Positions 26,638 to 35,064 of a stretch of DNA of 64,000 nucleotides are shown in pieces. Positions within the stretch are counted from its first letter, which is position 1, and each line of letters starts with the position of its first letter. The DNA is from Melioribacteraceae bacterium (GTDB lineage: Bacteria; Bacteroidota; Ignavibacteria; Ignavibacteriales; Melioribacteraceae): contig WGCV01000010.1 of the NCBI GenBank assembly GCA_015493615.1, forward strand, positions 28,836 through 92,835. The letters run 5' to 3'. The notes beneath the pieces are model-generated. The model was not told the origin of the DNA. It did not search any database and saw nothing but the letters and a program-made list of their open reading frames with translations. Position numbers and translations under genes: made by a program.

Positions 26638-27723
26638 TTATTTCATTTCCGTAACGCCGAATTCCAAAACAGCCATTGGTTTATCCGTAAGTTCCGACAT
26701 TCGTTGATAAACTTCATCCAAGGTTTCAGAAAACTCGCGGTATTCATCGCCTTCCTCCACCGGTCCGTAAACGCTAACTCCAATCCAATCTATGTAATCG
26801 TCGCCGGGGTAATAATTCTCGAAGTTATTCCATTCTTCGTCTGGTTCGCTGTCGGCGTCTATGTGAAAAAACCAAGTAATGTTTGTCGCTCCGTTTTGTC
26901 TGCAAATATCAATAATATGACGAAAAGCATCGCGAAATCTTTCCGGTCCGTCCGCGATAGAGTTGTCTCCGTAGCCATCTGTTTGTCCCGCGCCGTTGTA
27001 CAGCCCGTTCCAAGGGAACCAACTGCCGTTAACTTCCGTGCCGAATTCCGCAAGAAGCGGAATGCCCGTACTTGCCGCATCTTTTGCCCACTGCGTCAGT
27101 TCATTGTCAAAATCTCCGTTAATGATTTTTTGCATCGAAAAAAGAGTGTCGGCGGCGTATTCTTCAAAACTTGTTCGCGGCATAAGCCGGATGAACGGGA
27201 TTTTTCCGGTCCCCGAAATTGTTTCCACAGCTTCTGTCGGAAAACTAATTCCGTTTGTCCAATTATTGGAAAAGTAAGCCCAAACAATGTTTTTCCTCGC
27301 CAACTCGACAAACTCATTAATTCTACCGGCGGTAACAATGTCTTCCGTTCCTCCGAAATCCGGAAAAGCGGAATGGTAAATACCGGCGGTTGGGGCAATC
27401 AATTTGCCATTCTGAAAATTTGCGCTTGTCGTAAAAACGGGAGAATTTACGCTTTGCCGGTATGCGTCGAGACTTTCGGGCGAGGAATCTATGCGTAACA
27501 TAACCATTTTACCGTAGTCGTCCCAATTTTCATTCCACCAGGAAATCGCTTTAATCCTCGGATAGTTGCCGCTTTCAAAAGCAACGAAAGCGTTTTTTAT
27601 CCATTCGGCTTTTTTGTTGCCCGGATCATTTACATTATTAACATTATGATTATTACACGAAATAAAAGCAATTGCAATTAATGTAAATAATACTCTGATT
27701 TTATTATTTGTATTCATTTTCAT
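26638..27723 (-). CDS. Glycoside hydrolase family 26-like (beta-mannanase-type) protein
   Basis: LLAEFGTEVNGSWFPWNG (acid/base Glu region), YPGDDYIDWIGVSVYG, and KPMAVLEFGV (nucleophile Glu region). Signal/lipoprotein leader. Confidence 0.65.
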   Translation of the reverse strand: MKMNTNNKIRVLFTLIAIAFISCNNHNVNNVNDPGNKKAEWIKNAFVAFESGNYPRIKAISWWNENWDDYGKMVMLRIDSSPESLDAYRQSVNSPVFTTSANFQNGKLIAPTAGIYHSAFPDFGGTEDIVTAGRINEFVELARKNIVWAYFSNNWTNGISFPTEAVETISGTGKIPFIRLMPRTSFEEYAADTLFSMQKIINGDFDNELTQWAKDAASTGIPLLAEFGTEVNGSWFPWNGLYNGAGQTDGYGDNSIADGPERFRDAFRHIIDICRQNGATNITWFFHIDADSEPDEEWNNFENYYPGDDYIDWIGVSVYGPVEEGDEYREFSETLDEVYQRMSELTDKPMAVLEFGVTEMK

Positions 27724-27855
27724 ATTAAGTTTGATGGTTTGGCAATGCGCAGCGCGGGTTTTTGGCGCTTGCTTTTATTTTATGCTGTATTGTATTTAAC
27801 GTTGAATTTTTCATAATAAGCGCTTAAGCCCGCGTTACATTTCGTTGTGTGTTCG

Positions 27856-29187
27856 TTATTTTCTTTTCAATATGTAATTTTTCCCTGTCTGTTCTACTTG
27901 CCATCCGTTATTCAATTCGAGTTTCCAGCCATCTCCCTTCGCTGTTTTATTTGTAATTTCAATTGGCTTTGAGATTATTACTTTATCCCAATTTTTACTT
28001 AATAAAGCTCCATTTTTAACTGTCAAAATTCCCCAATTATCTGTAATTCTAATATTTGGATAAACAGTCCCTAAATCTTTAAATGGCATAATATTCCTTG
28101 GGTCAAAGCTAATATTCATATTTTCAAAATAAATTGTTAAAGTAGGATTCTTGAGAAATTCTATTTCATATTTTGCTATTAATTTTTTGCGTTCGTTTGC
28201 TCTGTTTGTTTCAAAACTTTTTATTTTCTCAAAACCGTAATTATTCTTAATTTTATTGATGATCGCTTTAAATTCGGAAGGATTGATTGGTATGGAAACA
28301 TTAAAAAACTTGGTAATATAGTCGGTTAGGTTTGTTTTTACGGTTATTTCTTTGTTCCAGTTTTGATTTTTCATTTTCATAAAATATCCGTAAACGGGAA
28401 TAGTCACATAGGCAAAAGATCTTACAAATGTTTTATTGTTGTAAAATCTATTTATGGCTTCTATATAATGTTCTTTAAGTTGTATGTCAGTTCTATCGCT
28501 TAAAGTAGAACCGGTATATTCCGCTAATCCTTCATTCATTTCCAAGGCGTTTTCTTCTTCTTTTTCACCGGGATAAAGTTCGTCTCTATAATTTCTAAAA
28601 AATAATGCATTTTGAATATGTTTTTCTCTACCGGTAACATTTTTCGATCTTAATGCTTTTTTTAATGCTTCTAATTCCAGTTTTAGAAAAACGCGCGCAT
28701 TTAAATCATCTAAATGATTACCCGCTTTATTATTCAAGTTTTTAAACCCAAGTTCCGGCTGAATTCTATGGAATAGTTCGTGCGTTAACAGATTTAACCT
28801 TTCATTATAATCTTTCGGCAAAGGCAACATTACCATTGTCCATCTTTTTCCGTTCCAATTATGGGCTGTGTTTGAAATATTGATTTCTTTAGGTAATATT
28901 CCAACGTAAATTTTACCTTTTTTCTTTAGAATACCTTTATCGTCAGGCATATTGGCGAAAATTGTTCGGCTATTTTTATCGACTAAAAGAATGGGACCAT
29001 AGAGTTGGCGGTTCCAGAGTTTTCCATTTTCTTCAGATAAGTATTCTTTCAGGTCTTTAAAAATATGTTCATATTTTGTTATTTGACTTTTACTAATTTT
29101 TACCGTGTTGTTTTGTGCCGTATTAGAAGTGTAACTCAACAAAAAAATTGTAATAAATAAAGCTAATAGTGTTTTGATATTTTTCAT
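27856..29187 (-). CDS. Secreted hypothetical protein with an HExxH motif (putative zinc metallopeptidase)
   Basis: Signal peptide. LLTHELFHRIQPE is the only recognisable motif. Markedly AT-rich. Confidence 0.35.
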   Translation of the reverse strand: MKNIKTLLALFITIFLLSYTSNTAQNNTVKISKSQITKYEHIFKDLKEYLSEENGKLWNRQLYGPILLVDKNSRTIFANMPDDKGILKKKGKIYVGILPKEINISNTAHNWNGKRWTMVMLPLPKDYNERLNLLTHELFHRIQPELGFKNLNNKAGNHLDDLNARVFLKLELEALKKALRSKNVTGREKHIQNALFFRNYRDELYPGEKEEENALEMNEGLAEYTGSTLSDRTDIQLKEHYIEAINRFYNNKTFVRSFAYVTIPVYGYFMKMKNQNWNKEITVKTNLTDYITKFFNVSIPINPSEFKAIINKIKNNYGFEKIKSFETNRANERKKLIAKYEIEFLKNPTLTIYFENMNISFDPRNIMPFKDLGTVYPNIRITDNWGILTVKNGALLSKNWDKVIISKPIEITNKTAKGDGWKLELNNGWQVEQTGKNYILKRK

Positions 29188-29346
29188 TTTTGTACTGCCG
29201 TTAATTTTATTCGTATTTGTTTTATTTTCTTGTATTAATAAATAAATTTAATCGTAAATTTCTTCCCAATTTTCTTGGCAAGAAAGTGTAATTCAGATAA
29301 ATCCATATTTATGGAAATAAGCGAAACGCCGGCTATCATTTGGTAG

Positions 29347-29790
29347 TCAGCCAGCTACTCGATTGTGGGTTCGTTGTTTTAACATTTTGCTAAGTTCTTT
29401 CAATTTTTTATTTCTATTTTTTAGATTATTGATTTCGCATTGCCAAATAACAACAACTTTCCACCCCTGTATTTCTAAAGATTCATAATTTTCTTGGTCT
29501 CTTTTAATGTTTGCCTCAATTTTTGTTTTCCAAAATTCATAATTAGTTTCAGGAAGTTTTGATTTCGGGCAGTTTTTATGTCCGTGCCAGAAACAACCGT
29601 TAATAAAAATAACGGTTTTATATTTGGGCAAAACAATATCCGGCTTACCTGGATATCTTTTATCATTTTTTCTATATCTAAATCCTTTCGAAAAAAGATA
29701 TTTCCTTACCATAATTTCCGGTTTTGTCTCTTTGCCCGAAATGTTAGACATTATTTCAGACCTTTTATCTTTTGTAAATATATCAGCCAA
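29347..29790 (-). CDS. vsr: Very-short-patch repair endonuclease
   Basis: RSEIMSNISGKETKPEIMVRKYLFSKGFRYRKN...PGKPDIVLPKYKTVIFINGCFWHGH is the Vsr family signature. Overlaps dcm by 8 nt. Confidence 0.9.
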   Translation of the reverse strand: MADIFTKDKRSEIMSNISGKETKPEIMVRKYLFSKGFRYRKNDKRYPGKPDIVLPKYKTVIFINGCFWHGHKNCPKSKLPETNYEFWKTKIEANIKRDQENYESLEIQGWKVVVIWQCEINNLKNRNKKLKELSKMLKQRTHNRVAG

Positions 29791-30805
29791 TTTTTTCTTC
29801 TATATGTCGTTTAATATTATTTGCTTGAGCATAACTAAATTTAGGAGGTAATGCATTTCCGATAAGAAGAGCTAATTTGGTTTTAGGTATGTCAATAGGT
29901 AGTTTGTAATTAATAGGAAAAGATTGTAGTAAAGCTGCTTCTCTTGCAGAAATACACCGGTCTTCTTCCGGGTGTAAAAACCTTCCTTTTGACGGATTTA
30001 AACAACCTCCGGTAATGGTTGTAGAATAATCTTCCCAACGCAATCTTCCATAAACATCATTAAAACCGACATTCGGTTTTTTATGACAGTCCAATGTGAA
30101 TTCCGGTACATCTTTTCTTCCACCTCCGTTTTTAGGGATTTGCTTTATCATTTCCTTAATCCTTGCGGAATGTTTAGGAAAAATTTTATGTGCCGGATCA
30201 TTTGACTTATCGGGTGAAGGTAATTTACCGATAATATCTTTAACGGTAACTTTAATATTTTGACCTTCTGCAATATTTAAATCACCCAAAATAGAACCTA
30301 CTAAAACTAATCTTTTTCTATTTTGAGGAATGCCATAATTACGAACATTGATTATATTGTATTTTGGATTATACCCCATTTGTTTTAGTTCACGGAATAA
30401 TCGTTTGAATAAATAATAATCTTTTAATCCTGGGACATTTTCCATCATTACCGTTAAAGGTTTTAACTCTTTAACGAATCGCAGAAACTCCAAAACAAGA
30501 TTGTTTCTATCGTCTTTTACGCTTCTTTTTTTATTTAATCGCCTAATTGATGAAAATCCCTGGCAAGGAGGACAACCGGCAAGAAGATGTAAAGGTTCGC
30601 CATTTAGTAAATTTTTAATGTTTTGAGTGTCAAATTCTCTAATATCCTGTTCGTAAACAATAGTATCCGGGTGATTAAGTTTATATCCTTTTACCGCATA
30701 TTCGTCAATTTCAATTGAAGCTAAAACATTAAATCCGGCTTCTTTTAGTCCAAGACTTAAACCGCCTATTCCCGAAAATAAATCTATTGAATTAAGTTGC
30801 ATCAT
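29783..30805 (-). CDS. dcm: DNA (cytosine-5)-methyltransferase
   Basis: Motif I DLFSGIGGLSLG, motif IV GCPPCQGFS, motif VI MENVPG, motif VIII QNRKR, motif X GNALPP. 340 aa. Confidence 0.9.
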   Translation of the reverse strand: MMQLNSIDLFSGIGGLSLGLKEAGFNVLASIEIDEYAVKGYKLNHPDTIVYEQDIREFDTQNIKNLLNGEPLHLLAGCPPCQGFSSIRRLNKKRSVKDDRNNLVLEFLRFVKELKPLTVMMENVPGLKDYYLFKRLFRELKQMGYNPKYNIINVRNYGIPQNRKRLVLVGSILGDLNIAEGQNIKVTVKDIIGKLPSPDKSNDPAHKIFPKHSARIKEMIKQIPKNGGGRKDVPEFTLDCHKKPNVGFNDVYGRLRWEDYSTTITGGCLNPSKGRFLHPEEDRCISAREAALLQSFPINYKLPIDIPKTKLALLIGNALPPKFSYAQANNIKRHIEEKIG

Positions 30806-30806
30806 T

Positions 30807-32150
30807 TTAGTTATCTTTTTTCAGTTTTGAAATATTTTCTTTGATGGAGTCTTTAAGTTCAACCGAAAAATCAGGTAACCCAAATCCGGAAAAATGATTT
30901 GAAATAAATAAGAATAGCGCTGAAATAAAAGGCTCTGATATAGATAATATTTTTTCATATCCATTTAGATGTTTAAGCAACAGTTTTTGATTGGAATTAT
31001 TATCTTCTGGAATATCTATTTCAATTGATGAAAGTTCTCTCGAATTCAAAGCAAAGTCTATATATGTTTCATCTTCTAAAATCATACTTGGTAATATTGT
31101 TAAAAACTCAATTGGTGATGGGTTTACCAAACTTGACAGTGAATAACTTGTCAAGTTGCTATTATTCCGATAATTTAATCTCTTTTTAAAACTTACATTA
31201 TTTTTATCAACCTTGTGTAACTTAATTAATAACAGGTATCCAAGATTTTTATTCCAAAATTTATTAAGATGACAATCTGACGATAAAACAAGAAAATAAT
31301 CTTCTTTATGTTTTAAAATATCACCTTTTCTAATGATATTATCTGTAACTTTATGGTACAATCTATAGTGCCATAATTCTCTAATTTTGTTAACATCTCC
31401 AATATTTTCGTCATCAGTTTTAAGTTCTAAACTATTAATACCAATAGATGTCAATTCATATTTAAGTTTTTCAAGAAATATATCAATAAAATCGGATCCC
31501 GATAATTCTTTTTCACCATTCGCTGCTTTTTCGCCGAATAAACTAATAAATTGATTAAAAGATAGTTTTCCGATTTTTATCAAGATATTATCAATTGATT
31601 GTAATGTATTCTTTTTTAATATTTGATTAAGTTTAAATGAAAACAACTTTAATTTGTTTTCAATATCATTCTTTAATTTTTCAACGGAATTTTCATCGCC
31701 TTTTTTTATTAGCAAAATTCTGTCTTTATAATTGTCAAAATCAGATTCAGATAATACATTTGATACCTCATCATCTTTATCTGCTTCAGTAAAAACAGCA
31801 ATTAAACAATATTTGGTTTTTAATAGTTCTATTAAATTCTTTTTTGGGTCTTTTTCTTCGACATCCTCTCCCATATCCCAGTCAAAAATTACAATATCCG
31901 GTGAGAATAAATTGTCCGAACAATAATCAAAGAAAAATGAATGTTGTGAAAAACCAGTTAATTCGTATTCATCTTCTTTATAAAGATTATCTATTAATTC
32001 ATATAAAGCTATATCATCCCAATTACTTCTCTCTAAACTTAATAGATGTTTAAAATTATTTCTGTTGAAAATACTTTTATCATCCATATAATCGGATAAT
32101 TGAATTGCGGGAATTTTATCATCTAATATGCATATCGAATACTTACTCAT
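30807..32150 (-). CDS. Receiver (REC)-domain protein with an uncharacterised ~280-aa C-terminal (putative effector) domain
   Basis: Full CheY signature: ICILDD (D10, D11), PDIVIFDWDMG (D90), LIAVFT (T121), ILLIKKG (K149/150). There is a ~35-aa insert between beta1 and beta3. I recognise no motif in residues 170-447. Its start overlaps the upstream gene's stop (ATGA), and its stop is 1 nt from the dcm start. Confidence 0.7.
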   Translation of the reverse strand: MSKYSICILDDKIPAIQLSDYMDDKSIFNRNNFKHLLSLERSNWDDIALYELIDNLYKEDEYELTGFSQHSFFFDYCSDNLFSPDIVIFDWDMGEDVEEKDPKKNLIELLKTKYCLIAVFTEADKDDEVSNVLSESDFDNYKDRILLIKKGDENSVEKLKNDIENKLKLFSFKLNQILKKNTLQSIDNILIKIGKLSFNQFISLFGEKAANGEKELSGSDFIDIFLEKLKYELTSIGINSLELKTDDENIGDVNKIRELWHYRLYHKVTDNIIRKGDILKHKEDYFLVLSSDCHLNKFWNKNLGYLLLIKLHKVDKNNVSFKKRLNYRNNSNLTSYSLSSLVNPSPIEFLTILPSMILEDETYIDFALNSRELSSIEIDIPEDNNSNQKLLLKHLNGYEKILSISEPFISALFLFISNHFSGFGLPDFSVELKDSIKENISKLKKDN

Positions 32151-34870
32151 TTTTCCTCTTTATTTTTAGGTGTTCTACTGAAATCTATGGTGAAATGTGC
32201 TCCATTCATGTCCGGTAATCTGTCTTTTATCGGAGTTTCGTAAATTTTGGCTTTCATTGAATTCAAATATGTTTTACAAATATATAAACCCAACCCGCTT
32301 TTGGGAACTTTCAAACTATATCCGGGTTCAAATAGATATGGCCTAATAATTTCGCTGATATCAGTTCCGGTATCTGCAAAAATTAAACTTCTGAATTTTG
32401 AATTTATTTTAATCTTAATTTCTCTTTTTACGTTATTTGAATTCTCAATCCAATAAATACTATTATCAAACAAATTCCCTAAGACTTGGTTTATTGCCGA
32501 ATATCTACCGTAAACTTTGAAGTCGTCTTTCTGATTTTCGATACTAAAATCTATGTTTTTTTCTTTCATTCTCCTTTTGAAAACATCATATGAATAATTG
32601 ACGGATTTCAATATATTAAATTCATTATATCGTTCATTTCTTATAGCCCTTAAAGGTCCAAGTCTTTTAAGCTCGGTTTTCAAAGAATATGAAGTTTCTT
32701 TCAAATGTTCCAAATCCAATTTTTCAATATTTTCGCTTTTTATCAGATGTAAAATACTGTGATAAAAATTAGTCGTAATTTTATTGATTTCATGTAATGA
32801 AACGGCAACGGAAATTCCAAAACCGGCTTGTTCAACAAACTGATTTTGCACATCTTCAAGCATTTCAATACTTTTCTTCAATTCTTTAACCGAACTTTCC
32901 AGATTAATTAATCCGTCTTTTCTACCCTCGACGGTTTCCCATAATCCGTCAAAAAATGTATAGGGATCAGTGTCAAAAGGATAATTACTCTTAGCAACAT
33001 TTGATATAAATTTAGAACCGGTTTTTGTTACTTCAGATAATTTTTTAGGATTGGATATTATTCCTTTTGTCAATTTTTTGTATTCATCTCTCTTAGCAAT
33101 GTACCTAGGTTCAAGAATGTTTTTAATTATATTTTTAACCAATAACGATAAATCTTTAAAAGCTTTGTTTTCTATTAGTCCTTCACGATTGGTTTTATCT
33201 GTTAAATCAAAATTAGTGCTTTGCTCTATTTCGACATTTCCAATGAAATCGCGATAGGAAATTCTGTATGTTTGTTTCGTTTTTTCCTCTGTTAGTCCCA
33301 ACCAGTCGGTTTCGGAACCTATTTTTGCATCGAATATTAAAATATTATCTCTATAAATGGACATTCCCCCGAATTCTCCAAGATAATCAGTCAATTCAGT
33401 ATAGTTGGAAATATCTATCCAATCTTTTAATCGATACCATACATCAATATGTAAAAAGAATGCTCCACATTCAGGCACTCTTTTTCCATTTTGCGATCTC
33501 CAATAATTATCATTTGATATTCTTAAATCATAATCGTTATCAATCCATTTTTCCGGAGGAATTTTATCAGTAGGGTGTTTAAATTTTATCTCCGAATCAG
33601 CTATTCCTTTTTCAGAAACTAAAACGTCCAATGTAAAGTTCGGTTCTGATTCCTCGTAAATTAAATGTTTAGGAAGCTCTTCAATTTGAGGGCATTCCAA
33701 AAATGCATTAAAAGGCTTATAAATATTGTTTCTTTGCTTTTTGTTAATTGGAGGGTGCGGTGAATTTAGATTTAAAATAGTTCTATTCAAATCTAAAATA
33801 CTTTCTTCATCCCATTCGAAGCCATCTCGTCCACCATAAATTATAATTTGAGTTCCGGAATCACTTTCTCCATAATCTCTTGAAAGTTTCTGTTTTGATA
33901 TACTTACACCTATACTATCAAGATCAACAAACTCATCAGAGATAATATCGAATTTATCCCAATCTATTTTAAGTACAAGCTCATATTTATTTTCCTTGAC
34001 CTTTGTCCTAATTTCAAGGTGCTTGCCAAGACGATGTGTAGCAAATCTACCGACACCTTTTTCCCCTAATGGTATTCTATTTCCGTGCGCTTTTTTCAGT
34101 TGTTTAATTAAAGCATCAAATTGACCAAGATTTCCAAGTCCTTTTGCTTTTTCCCGTTCTTTTTTGATTTTTTCTTTAATATTTGTTTTAATAGTTGAAG
34201 CCGGGCGTAACCAACCGTTTTCAAGAACATCCTTTGTCATTCCAATACCATTATCTTCAACTAAAATTACGGGACCTGGTAATTCGGGAAATTTATAATC
34301 TTCTTCGTTTAATTTTTTTAAGTTATTTATTTTCTCTATTCTAACTTTGCAATAGGAAGCTTGAGCATCAATTGCATTTTTTATCAATTCTAAAATACCT
34401 ACTTTTTCCGAACCGATTAATTGTTCTCCTAAAACTTTGATAAGGTGAGCATCCGATTTGAAATTATATGATATTTCTCCTTCGAGAATAATCTCATCAA
34501 ATAGTTTTTTTGGAATTTTTCTAACTGCATTTTGTGGATTGTAATGAGGGTTTTCACTTTCAACTAATTTGCCATTTTCATCACGATGTTTGACTGGTTT
34601 TTTAAAACTTTGATAATCTTTAATAATTGCAAAATAATGGTCATTTAATTCATTATCCGGAATCACTTGAACAATCTTACCCGTACCAAAGAATTCACCC
34701 TTTCCGGATTTTACAGGCTCGTAAAAAAGAAAATTGACCGGAAGCTTTTTAAAGTAATTTAAATATGATTTTGGGAAATGATAAAGATATCCGAGGAAAT
34801 TTCGATATTTTCCTCCAGCCCTATATTGTGTTAATATTAATGCTTCTTTTTCGTTCATTATATTTTTCAT
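32147..34870 (-). CDS. Hybrid ATPase/kinase: unknown N-terminal domain + MORC/Hsp90-type GHKL ATPase + histidine-kinase core (DHp + CA)
   Basis: First GHKL module: ELIKNAIDA (161-169), VEDNGIGM (204-211), GEKGVGRF (269-276), then GGMSIYRDNILIF. Kinase core: SLHEINK (His693), LGNLFDNSIYW (798-808), DTGTD (833-837), SGLGLYICK (858-866). 907 aa, no TM segment, very AT-rich. Confidence 0.7.
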   Translation of the reverse strand: MKNIMNEKEALILTQYRAGGKYRNFLGYLYHFPKSYLNYFKKLPVNFLFYEPVKSGKGEFFGTGKIVQVIPDNELNDHYFAIIKDYQSFKKPVKHRDENGKLVESENPHYNPQNAVRKIPKKLFDEIILEGEISYNFKSDAHLIKVLGEQLIGSEKVGILELIKNAIDAQASYCKVRIEKINNLKKLNEEDYKFPELPGPVILVEDNGIGMTKDVLENGWLRPASTIKTNIKEKIKKEREKAKGLGNLGQFDALIKQLKKAHGNRIPLGEKGVGRFATHRLGKHLEIRTKVKENKYELVLKIDWDKFDIISDEFVDLDSIGVSISKQKLSRDYGESDSGTQIIIYGGRDGFEWDEESILDLNRTILNLNSPHPPINKKQRNNIYKPFNAFLECPQIEELPKHLIYEESEPNFTLDVLVSEKGIADSEIKFKHPTDKIPPEKWIDNDYDLRISNDNYWRSQNGKRVPECGAFFLHIDVWYRLKDWIDISNYTELTDYLGEFGGMSIYRDNILIFDAKIGSETDWLGLTEEKTKQTYRISYRDFIGNVEIEQSTNFDLTDKTNREGLIENKAFKDLSLLVKNIIKNILEPRYIAKRDEYKKLTKGIISNPKKLSEVTKTGSKFISNVAKSNYPFDTDPYTFFDGLWETVEGRKDGLINLESSVKELKKSIEMLEDVQNQFVEQAGFGISVAVSLHEINKITTNFYHSILHLIKSENIEKLDLEHLKETSYSLKTELKRLGPLRAIRNERYNEFNILKSVNYSYDVFKRRMKEKNIDFSIENQKDDFKVYGRYSAINQVLGNLFDNSIYWIENSNNVKREIKIKINSKFRSLIFADTGTDISEIIRPYLFEPGYSLKVPKSGLGLYICKTYLNSMKAKIYETPIKDRLPDMNGAHFTIDFSRTPKNKEEK

Positions 34871-35064
34871 TTATCCATTAATATTTTTGTTTCTATAACC
34901 GCTAACATTTCCCATACACGCATTGCTTATATCGGGATTATATGTTAACCTATTGTTCGCTTATCACTTAAAATATTATTAAATGTATGAAAAAGCAAGA
35001 AGTATAAAATAAATTCCGTAAGCGGATTGCGTTTAAGAATTACTCGGAACTTTCACACCAAATC

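Noticed and set aside
26704-27498. A 264-aa plus-strand ORF, and several 70-100-aa ORFs, antisense to the GH26-like gene.
   Set aside because: They lie entirely within a gene that has clear family motifs on the other strand. The translations are basic and low-complexity (R/K/S/F-rich) with no motif. Typical shadow ORFs.
31358-31373. Sigma-54-like motif on the minus strand inside the REC-effector gene (TGGCAC-tatag-aTTGT). It could in principle drive dcm-vsr independently.
   Set aside because: The nearly invariant -12 GC is GT here. The site is intragenic, about 550 nt upstream of dcm. Most likely a chance match, though worth a glance in transcript data.
35007-35030. Weak hairpin (attccg-taag-cggatt, one mismatch) followed by a T-rich tract downstream of the GT9 stop, as a possible terminator.
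   Set aside because: The stem is only 4-5 bp and imperfect. I cannot distinguish it from background in AT-rich DNA.
24787-35064. Searched the inserted block for an integrase, transposase, excisionase or tRNA target.
   Set aside because: None of the seven ORFs shows tyrosine- or serine-recombinase or DDE motifs, and no tRNA-like sequence is present. The block is therefore reported as an insertion with repeat boundaries, not as a defined mobile element.
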